This document shows, in pieces, positions 37,399-44,576 of a stretch of DNA of 64,000 nt (position 1 is its first letter; each line of letters starts with the position of its first letter). The stretch covers positions 34,507 to 98,506 of the forward strand of contig DATLBX010000017.1 in NCBI GenBank assembly GCA_035526705.1, written 5' to 3'. The notes under the pieces are model-generated. The model saw only the letters and a program-made list of their open reading frames with translations, had not been told where the DNA came from and did not search any database. A program made the position numbers and the translations under genes. This stretch comes from Acidimicrobiales bacterium. GTDB lineage: Bacteria; Actinomycetota; Acidimicrobiia; Acidimicrobiales; JAHWKP01.

Positions 37399-39915
37399 TC
37401 AGCCGAGTTGACGACGGAGGCGATCGCGCGCCACGTCCACGAGCGTGCGGGCTCCGGCGTTGCGGAGGTACCAGAGCGCCACGTTGAACTCATGCCGCCA
37501 GCCACCCTTCCGCCGGATGGCGGCCAGCTCACGCCGCAGCAGTGAAGAAGCCTCGGGGTCCATGAGGTCCGGAGCGCGGCGCGGATTCCGGCAGAACGCG
37601 AGGAGGGGCTCCAACGCCTTCGACCACGACATGTCCGGCGCCACTCGCCCGACGTTCTTCCGGCACAGCGAGTTCAGCTCGTCGTCGTCGACCAGGCGGA
37701 ACAAGGCGTCGGCCAGGGCGTCCACATCGCCTGCGGGAACGGTGAGGCCGAGATGCTCGGACTCGATGATGTCGGCGAGCGCGTCGCCGCGCGTGGCGAC
37801 GATGGGCAGTGAGGCCCACAGGTAGTCCAGGATCCGGGTCCGGAAGCTGAACGCGGTTTCGACGTGGTCGAGGTGGGTGCTCACCCCGATGTCCGCGTCG
37901 CACAGGTAGTTGTGCCGGTCCTCGTAGGCGACCCAGTCCTCGTTGAAGAAGACGTGAGTCCCCACCAGACCGAGCTCCGCCGCCAGCTCCCGCGCCGCCA
38001 CTGCCATGCGCATCTCCGGTACGTGCGGGTTCGGGTGCTTTGTGCCGAGGAAGAACAAGCGGACGTCGTCGCGCCGTTTGCGCAGCTGATCGATGGCGCG
38101 GATCAGGGTCAGCGGATCGAACCAGTTGTAGATCCCCCCGCCCCAGAGGATCACCTTGTCGTCAGGTCCGATCCCGGGGACCGCCCCCTTGATCGCGGAA
38201 CGGGTCTGCGTGGGCGGCGTGTCGGGGACTCCGAACGGAGCCACGGTGATCAGCGACTCGAGCGTTTCGTCTTCGTCGTAGACGATGGCATTGACGCGCC
38301 CGAGAGCGGCCATCTGGCCCAGCCAGAAGTCGCGCTGCTTTTCCGAGGCGCACATGAAGAAGTCGCCTCGCATCAGCTGGTCATTGAGCACAGCGGTCGA
38401 GGAGTGCACCACCTGCCGGCGCACCGTTTCACCCTTGTCGCGTCCCTGCTCCAGCTGTTCGAGGTGGAAAGGGTCGTAGATGTCGACGACGATCACCTTC
38501 CCGGACGAACGCAGGAACGGGTGCTCGTGCATCAGGAATCCCTGGAAGATGAAGACGTCACACCACTTCTCCAGCCGGCGCAGCTCCCCATCGTCCACCG
38601 ACCGCACGCGGAAGCGCGGGTGGGTTACTTGGCAGCGCCCGACGGTTACCAACTCGACGTCGTGCTCCCGCGACAAGGCGCGCGCCATCTCCCACGATCG
38701 GATAGCCGGGCCGGCCATCTTCGGAGTGAGGCTGTCGCCGGTCGCAATCACGATCCGGTGCCGCTCCGAGAAAGCCTCCTTCACACCAAAGGTTTCCGTA
38801 ACCGCGTTGAAACTCGAGACGAACGCGGCTTCACCGACGTTCGGAGTGAGCGGGCGGCGAAACAACCGGAGAATCTCCGCGTCGGTGCGCTGACGCGCGG
38901 ACTGGACCGCCTTACGGGAGGCTTCGAGTTGAGGGAGCGCCTCGACAAAGGCGTTCACCGCGTAGGCGGGCGCCAGTGTCTGCTTTGACACCTCGGCGGT
39001 ATCGGTCGGCGCGTCGGCTTCGCCTGGCTTCAGAGCGGCACTGCTCTGCTGAGTCACTCCGAGATCGAGGGCGTGCGGGTCGTCTCCTCCCAGCACGACA
39101 CCGCGGCGGATGGCGAGAGCGAGCGCAGCGGGCAGGACCTTGGCAAGGGTGTCGTCGTCGTAGTTCTTGTAGATCGTGAAGAGCGCGTTTCGCTCGAGCA
39201 GGTAGTGCTCGCGCCACTGGCGCAGCCGGGATGCCGACGCGTGGTGCCGGTGATACACCAGCGACTCGGGAACGAACCGCACCCGCCATCCCAGGAGCCA
39301 GAGACGCCAGCCCAGGTCGACATCCTCGAAGAACATGAAGTAGCGGTCGTCGAATCCCCCGGCGTTGGCGAACACCTCCGCCCGGCAGACCATCGCCGCG
39401 CCGGTGGCAAAGAGCACATCGGACTCGCTGTTGTACGCGCCGGCATCCGGCTCGCCGACGTGCAGTTTGAAAGCGTGCCCGTAGTAGCTCAGCGCGGCAT
39501 CGACGAAGTCGATGACCTTGCCCTCCCAATCGAGGACCTTGGAAGCGACACAGCCGATGGTCCCGTCGCGCTCCAAGGCGGCCACCGCTGTCGCGAGCCA
39601 TTGCGGATCGGGCTTTGCGTCGTTGTTCAGGAAGGCGACGTACTCACCACGGGCCTCTTTCGCGCCCAGGTTGCAGCCCCCGGCGAAGCCGGTGTTCTCC
39701 TCCGAAGCGATCAACCGGATGTCGGGAAAGGCTCGAGAGATGCGCTCGACGTCGTCGCCGCCGGAGTTGTTGTCGACAACGATGACTTCCAGCCGTTCGC
39801 GGGGCCAGGCGAGAGCCTCGAGCCCTTCGAGACAAGTGATGGTGTCGGTGGCGCCCTGGTAGTTGAGGACGATTACCGAGACCAGACCATGCTGGCGGTT
39901 TCGCTCGCGGCTCAT
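37399..39915 (-). CDS. Bifunctional glycosyltransferase: N-terminal GT2 + C-terminal GT4/GT1-like domain
   Basis: 838 aa. GT2 motifs VSVIVLNYQG, VDNNS, NNDA, FFEDVDLGWR. The C-terminal half resembles a GT-B enzyme (WGGGIYNWFDP ... E..G). Confidence 0.85.
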   Translation of the reverse strand: MSRERNRQHGLVSVIVLNYQGATDTITCLEGLEALAWPRERLEVIVVDNNSGGDDVERISRAFPDIRLIASEENTGFAGGCNLGAKEARGEYVAFLNNDAKPDPQWLATAVAALERDGTIGCVASKVLDWEGKVIDFVDAALSYYGHAFKLHVGEPDAGAYNSESDVLFATGAAMVCRAEVFANAGGFDDRYFMFFEDVDLGWRLWLLGWRVRFVPESLVYHRHHASASRLRQWREHYLLERNALFTIYKNYDDDTLAKVLPAALALAIRRGVVLGGDDPHALDLGVTQQSSAALKPGEADAPTDTAEVSKQTLAPAYAVNAFVEALPQLEASRKAVQSARQRTDAEILRLFRRPLTPNVGEAAFVSSFNAVTETFGVKEAFSERHRIVIATGDSLTPKMAGPAIRSWEMARALSREHDVELVTVGRCQVTHPRFRVRSVDDGELRRLEKWCDVFIFQGFLMHEHPFLRSSGKVIVVDIYDPFHLEQLEQGRDKGETVRRQVVHSSTAVLNDQLMRGDFFMCASEKQRDFWLGQMAALGRVNAIVYDEDETLESLITVAPFGVPDTPPTQTRSAIKGAVPGIGPDDKVILWGGGIYNWFDPLTLIRAIDQLRKRRDDVRLFFLGTKHPNPHVPEMRMAVAARELAAELGLVGTHVFFNEDWVAYEDRHNYLCDADIGVSTHLDHVETAFSFRTRILDYLWASLPIVATRGDALADIIESEHLGLTVPAGDVDALADALFRLVDDDELNSLCRKNVGRVAPDMSWSKALEPLLAFCRNPRRAPDLMDPEASSLLRRELAAIRRKGGWRHEFNVALWYLRNAGARTLVDVARDRLRRQLG

Positions 39916-40970
39916 GAGTTGCCTTTCTGGCGGCGGAGGGACGCGGACACCCGGGAGATGAGCCCCGGCAGGCCTTCTTCGGTCAAGTGCTCCAAGAGCA
40001 GGGCTTGCGCCTGGTCGCGCTCGCCAGTCAGGCGGTCGACGGTGGCGCGGAGCTCGGCAATGTGCGCGTCGCGGTCCGCCAGCTGGCGTTCGAGGTCGGC
40101 CAACGAGCGCTCTTGCCGCGCCGCCACCTCCTCGAGGTGCGCGGTGGAGGGACTGGTGGCCGCCGGGAGCCTTCGGGCGAGAACCGCGGATGCGATCGAC
40201 CCAAGCGCTACGACTCCGGCGGGCTCATCGCCCTCGGCCCGCATCGAGTCGACGACGCGCTGCAACTCCTTCGCCGGGCGCCGGCGCGACGCCAGTAGAA
40301 CGTGGCGATAGGACGGCGACCGGGCGTCCAGGTGAGACACCGTTGCGTTGTAATAAGCGTGAAGCTGGGGCAGCTCGGGGAGGCCGCCAGCCAACAGCTC
40401 GTGGTGGAACAACATTCCGAGCAACCAGCGCGGGAGGTATCCGCTGGGCAGCGTCGTGACGGCGAAGCCGTCTTGCCCGAGCGCAGCCGTGGCGAACTCC
40501 AGCTTCGGCAGGCCGTGCTCGCGGTGCTCGTCGAGGGTCGGGAACTCGCCGCCGAACCGGGCGCGGACGAAGGAGTTGAGAGCATCCTCGGCCAGCTCGA
40601 CGTGGGGGTCGTCGAACGGCGCCGACAGCACCACGGTGTCGCGGCACACTCGCAGGAGCTCTGAGCAGAAGTCGGGCCGCCGGTCGGCGGGAACGTGCTC
40701 GAGCGTGTCCAGAGTTACCACGGCGTCGAAGGACTGATCCGGGAACGGAAGGCGCGAGCCGTCGGCGATGGCGTAGCGCCCCTCCCGCTTGCCATTGAGA
40801 TCGGTGACGATCAGATCGTGCCCCGGCAGGAACGCCTCGATGGGCCCCGGGGCCCCTCCCACTTCCAGGAGGCGACTGCCCGGCTTGATGCCGAGAGCGG
40901 TCAGCATGTCGGTGGCGACCCGATACCGCTGGTATTGGTCGAAAGGCATTTCCAGGACGTCATTGCTCAT
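39912..40970 (-). CDS. Class I SAM-dependent methyltransferase with C-terminal coiled coil
   Basis: LLEVGGAPG SAM-binding loop and VVTLDTLEHV. C-terminal heptad-like segment HLEEVAARQERSLADLERQLADRDAHIAELRATVDRLTGERDQAQALL. ATGA overlaps on both sides. Confidence 0.8.
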   Translation of the reverse strand: MSNDVLEMPFDQYQRYRVATDMLTALGIKPGSRLLEVGGAPGPIEAFLPGHDLIVTDLNGKREGRYAIADGSRLPFPDQSFDAVVTLDTLEHVPADRRPDFCSELLRVCRDTVVLSAPFDDPHVELAEDALNSFVRARFGGEFPTLDEHREHGLPKLEFATAALGQDGFAVTTLPSGYLPRWLLGMLFHHELLAGGLPELPQLHAYYNATVSHLDARSPSYRHVLLASRRRPAKELQRVVDSMRAEGDEPAGVVALGSIASAVLARRLPAATSPSTAHLEEVAARQERSLADLERQLADRDAHIAELRATVDRLTGERDQAQALLLEHLTEEGLPGLISRVSASLRRQKGNS

Positions 40971-42229
40971 ATCGCGCTCTCATTCTGAACCTCAGGCGGG
41001 GGCCCGGAGCCCTTCTCCTTCTGGCTCGTGCCGATTCTCGACGTATCCCACCGGCCCCCGAGGCTCACGAGGCCGTGTTCCTCGGTTGGCTCCCCCCGCT
41101 CCACGTCGAAGCGCTGGAAGCGATGGCGGTGGTCGTAGGCGTGTTGGAGGGTCCAGTCGTATGCCGCGGCCGACAGGTCGTAGGTCCCGGGAAGCAACAG
41201 CAGGCGGTCCAGCACGAGGTCGACGTGGCCGGAGCCGTCGATGGCATCCAGCCGGAGGTCGGCCTGCTTCGTGTTTGGTCCGGTGATGTGGATCCCGTCC
41301 AGGCGATGCACACCGACACCGAAAACCGGCCGCTCCACCCGCTTGTGTGCCGTGTAGTGGAGTCGAAGCCGCACGGAATCGCCGGTCCGGGTCGTCTCGC
41401 GGACACCGCCTGCGTTATCGACGAGTTCGACCGCGTCGATGCTGATCTCACCACTTCCCCAGCGCGCTCCGCCTTCGGGGTCCGGCGGTGGCCCGGCCGC
41501 CGCGTGGACCTCTTCGACGTACTCGTCGACAACGTTGCCGGGTTCGCCGACATCCCGGAGCCGTCCCTGGTTCAACCAGGCGAGTTGGTCGCAGATGTTT
41601 CGCATCGTTCCCATGGCATGCGACACGATGACGATCGTGCGACCCGAGGCGCGGAGGTCGGCGAACTTCTGCTCGCATCGACGTTGGAACTCCTCGTCGC
41701 CCACCGCAAGGACCTCGTCGACCAGAAGAACATCGGGGTCGACGTTGATCGCCACTGCGAACCCCAGCCGCACGAACATGCCCGATGAGTAGTTCTTTAC
41801 CGGGATGTCGATGAAGCTCTCGAGGCCGGAGAAGGCGACGATCTCGTCGAGCTTCTTGTCGAGCACCGAGCGAGGCAGGCCGAGGATGGCGCCGTTCAGG
41901 TAGACGTTGTCGCGGCCGGTGAGCTCCGGGGAGAACCCTGCTCCGAGCTCCAGCAGCGCCGAGACCTTGCCGGTGATCTGGATGGTGCCGGCATCGGGGG
42001 TGAGGATGCGCGCCATGCACTTCAGGAGGGTGGACTTGCCGGATCCGTTCTCGCCGATGATGCCGAACGTCGATCCGGTCTCGATCTCGAGAGAGAGATC
42101 GCGCACCGCCCAGTGCTCCTCGTAACGGCCCCGGCGGAAGTTGAGAAACGACGACTTCAAACTGTCGTTGCGCTCGTGGTAGAGCCGGTAACGCTTGGAA
42201 ACGTGGTCGAGGACGACGGCCGCGGCCAT
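40967..42229 (-). CDS. wzt: Polysaccharide ABC exporter ATP-binding protein with C-terminal Wzt_C-like carbohydrate-binding domain
   Basis: ORF trimmed to ATG 42229 (MAAAVVLDHVSKRY), a TGATG overlap with the permease stop. GENGSGKST, YSSGM, LLVDEVLAVGD. About 170 aa of beta-rich C-terminal extension. Confidence 0.9.
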   Translation of the reverse strand: MAAAVVLDHVSKRYRLYHERNDSLKSSFLNFRRGRYEEHWAVRDLSLEIETGSTFGIIGENGSGKSTLLKCMARILTPDAGTIQITGKVSALLELGAGFSPELTGRDNVYLNGAILGLPRSVLDKKLDEIVAFSGLESFIDIPVKNYSSGMFVRLGFAVAINVDPDVLLVDEVLAVGDEEFQRRCEQKFADLRASGRTIVIVSHAMGTMRNICDQLAWLNQGRLRDVGEPGNVVDEYVEEVHAAAGPPPDPEGGARWGSGEISIDAVELVDNAGGVRETTRTGDSVRLRLHYTAHKRVERPVFGVGVHRLDGIHITGPNTKQADLRLDAIDGSGHVDLVLDRLLLLPGTYDLSAAAYDWTLQHAYDHRHRFQRFDVERGEPTEEHGLVSLGGRWDTSRIGTSQKEKGSGPPPEVQNESAI

Positions 42230-43050
42230 CAGAGTTCCTCGGCCAGGCGGGGGGTGAACTTGCGGAACGTGAAGGCGCCGATGGCGAGGCTGACCGCGGT
42301 TACTCCGACCATGACCGCCCAGGCCGATGCCGGTGGGAAACGCAGGTTGTAGAAGCAGTCGCGGAAGGCGCCGACGAAGTGCACCATCGGGTTGAGGTTG
42401 TAGACGGTGAGCACCAGGCGTTCCCACCGTCCGAAGTCCGCCGACTGAACCAACGAGACCGGGTAGATGATCGGCGTGGCGTAGAACCACAGCTGCATGA
42501 CGATGCCGAGGAGGTACTGCACGTCGCGGAAGTAGACGTTCAGCACAGAGAGCGCCAGCGCGAGGCCGAGCACGAACAGCGAGAGCAGCAGGACGAGTAC
42601 GAGGACCACGGGAAGCCACGGCAGGACCATGTTCCCGACGGTCAGCAGCGCGACGGACAAAACGGCCAGTTCGATCAGGAATGTGACGTTGAGTGCGGCG
42701 ACGTTGGCCAGCACGATCGTCTCGCGGGGGAACCACACTTTCTTGATGACCGCCGCGTTGTTGACCAGAGCGCCGGCACCCTCCACCATCCCCGCTGACA
42801 AAAGGTTCCAAGGGAGCAGCCCGCACAACAGGAACAAGGCGAAGTTGGTCAGTCCCGAGGGATCGCCCACCGGCGGGTTGATGCGTAAGAAGAGGCGGAA
42901 GACAACCGTGAAGATCGCCATGGTGGCCAGCGGGTTGAGCAGCGACCACATCCAGCCGAGGGTCGAGCGCTTGTACTTGCCCTTGAGCTCCCGGGCCATG
43001 AGGTTGGAAAGAAGTTCGCGGGAGGAGGCGAGCTCGGAAAGTGTCGTCAT
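42229..43050 (-). CDS. wzm: ABC-2 type polysaccharide exporter permease
   Basis: 273 aa with six hydrophobic spans. The N-terminal RELKGKYKRSTLGWMWSLLNP motif is typical of Wzm/TagG. Confidence 0.9.
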   Translation of the reverse strand: MTTLSELASSRELLSNLMARELKGKYKRSTLGWMWSLLNPLATMAIFTVVFRLFLRINPPVGDPSGLTNFALFLLCGLLPWNLLSAGMVEGAGALVNNAAVIKKVWFPRETIVLANVAALNVTFLIELAVLSVALLTVGNMVLPWLPVVLVLVLLLSLFVLGLALALSVLNVYFRDVQYLLGIVMQLWFYATPIIYPVSLVQSADFGRWERLVLTVYNLNPMVHFVGAFRDCFYNLRFPPASAWAVMVGVTAVSLAIGAFTFRKFTPRLAEEL

Positions 43051-43095
43051 AAGGGGCGCGTCGCACCGGCTGGCCCCCGGTGCAGACGGGAGATT

Positions 43096-44052
43096 CTAGG
43101 GGGAGGCAGGTAGTGCCCCCAGCCCACGGCGGCGGCCGGTGAACTGGGCGGTCAGCCACGCCCGCCAAGGATGGGGGGCGAATTTCGGCCGGTCTTGCGG
43201 CAATTCGTCGCTCTGGCGGGCGGCGAGGCCGGTTCGAACTCGATCCCAGGGTCGAGAAGTCCGAAGCGCGGCGCGATGCCTGACCGCCAGCCGGGCACCG
43301 GAGACGAGGGTGGCGAGGAGGGCTTCGGGGTTCACGAGACCGCGCCAGCCCTCATTCCTGGCAATTGCGGCGAGCCGGCCGCCGAACTCCGCGGCCTCGA
43401 TGAATGTCGCGTCCGCGCTGTCCGAGCCGCGGGCGTGCACGGCGCGCGCCGCAGGAACGTGGGCGAAGCGCCACCCCGCTCGGCGCATGCGCCACGCCAC
43501 CTCCGTGTCCTCCCAGTAGACGAACAGCTCCTCCCACATTCCGCCCACCTGCGCGACCGCGTCGCGCCGCAAAAGACATGCCGCGCCGGAAACGGCGAAG
43601 GGCTCCTCCGGTTCCGCGGGGGCCGCGGTCGCGCCTCGGCCGCGGTCGAAGGCGCATCGGGCTCTTGTAAAGGTGATGCCCGTGGAGTCGATCAGTCCGC
43701 TCGGCAGCGTCAAGGTACCTGTGGCGCCGGCGACACGCGGCGCCGCGTCGAGTGCGTCGGCGAGATAGGCGACATAACCGTCGGCCATTTCTACGTCGGC
43801 GTTCAGAAGGAACACATAGGGCTCTCGGGTGGCGGCCAGCGCGTAGTTGACCGCCGCGGCGAAGCCCCGATTGGCCTCGAGGCGGTGCAATCGCACGCGA
43901 TCGCGGCCGAGCGCGTCCTGCCAGGAGAGGTCATGCGACGCGTTGTCGATGACGACCGTCGCCTCCACCCTCTGCGAGGCGAGCCGATCCAGCGCGGGCC
44001 CGAGCAGGGGGCCCGAGTTGAAATTGACGATTACCGCGACGGTCGAGCTCAC
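43096..44052 (-). CDS. Family-2 glycosyltransferase (rhamnosyltransferase-like)
   Basis: ORF trimmed to GTG 44052 (VSSTVAVIVNFNSG), a GTGA overlap with the upstream stop. VIDNAS, NADV, YWEDTEVAWR. Confidence 0.8.
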   Translation of the reverse strand: MSSTVAVIVNFNSGPLLGPALDRLASQRVEATVVIDNASHDLSWQDALGRDRVRLHRLEANRGFAAAVNYALAATREPYVFLLNADVEMADGYVAYLADALDAAPRVAGATGTLTLPSGLIDSTGITFTRARCAFDRGRGATAAPAEPEEPFAVSGAACLLRRDAVAQVGGMWEELFVYWEDTEVAWRMRRAGWRFAHVPAARAVHARGSDSADATFIEAAEFGGRLAAIARNEGWRGLVNPEALLATLVSGARLAVRHRAALRTSRPWDRVRTGLAARQSDELPQDRPKFAPHPWRAWLTAQFTGRRRGLGALPASP

Positions 44053-44504
44053 CCCTCGAGCAGATCCTCCGGGAAGATGTAGACGCGCTCGCCGGAGAAG
44101 AGCCTCGCCTCCTCGTCGTACGGGAACAGGATCAGCACGCGGAACTCGACCGGTTCGCCGGACGGTTCCCGCCCGAGCCATGGCCCTTTCCAGGTGCCGG
44201 TGACGTCGGCCTCCTCGAAAACGCCTTGGGGGCCGATCACGATGTTGCGCAGGTCGAACACGATGTCGGGAAACGCCGTGAGCAGTTCCGTATAGAAGCG
44301 CGCTGCCCCGTCGTGACCCTCCCACCGCACACCTATCTGGCAGAGCTCGTAGACGCAATCCGGGGCCAACGTCGACAGGAGCCCCGCGATGTCGCGGTTG
44401 TCCTCCGCGACGGAGTGGGCCTTGTACAGCTCCCGAATCTCCGTATACGAGTCCTCGGTGACCTTGCGTCGGTACTGGGCGAGCACCCTGTCGTCCTTAG
44501 CCAT
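44049..44504 (-). CDS. SnoaL-like / NTF2-fold ester-cyclase-like protein
   Basis: ORF trimmed to ATG 44504 (MAKDDRVLAQY). FPDIVFDL and TGTWKGPWLG segments are typical of the ester cyclase subgroup. Confidence 0.65.
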   Translation of the reverse strand: MAKDDRVLAQYRRKVTEDSYTEIRELYKAHSVAEDNRDIAGLLSTLAPDCVYELCQIGVRWEGHDGAARFYTELLTAFPDIVFDLRNIVIGPQGVFEEADVTGTWKGPWLGREPSGEPVEFRVLILFPYDEEARLFSGERVYIFPEDLLEG

Positions 44505-44576
44505 GCGGCCATCCTGCCCGATGAAGGCCGTAACCTGACGGGCGAACTGACGGCGATTTCCCCGGGGAGGAACAAG

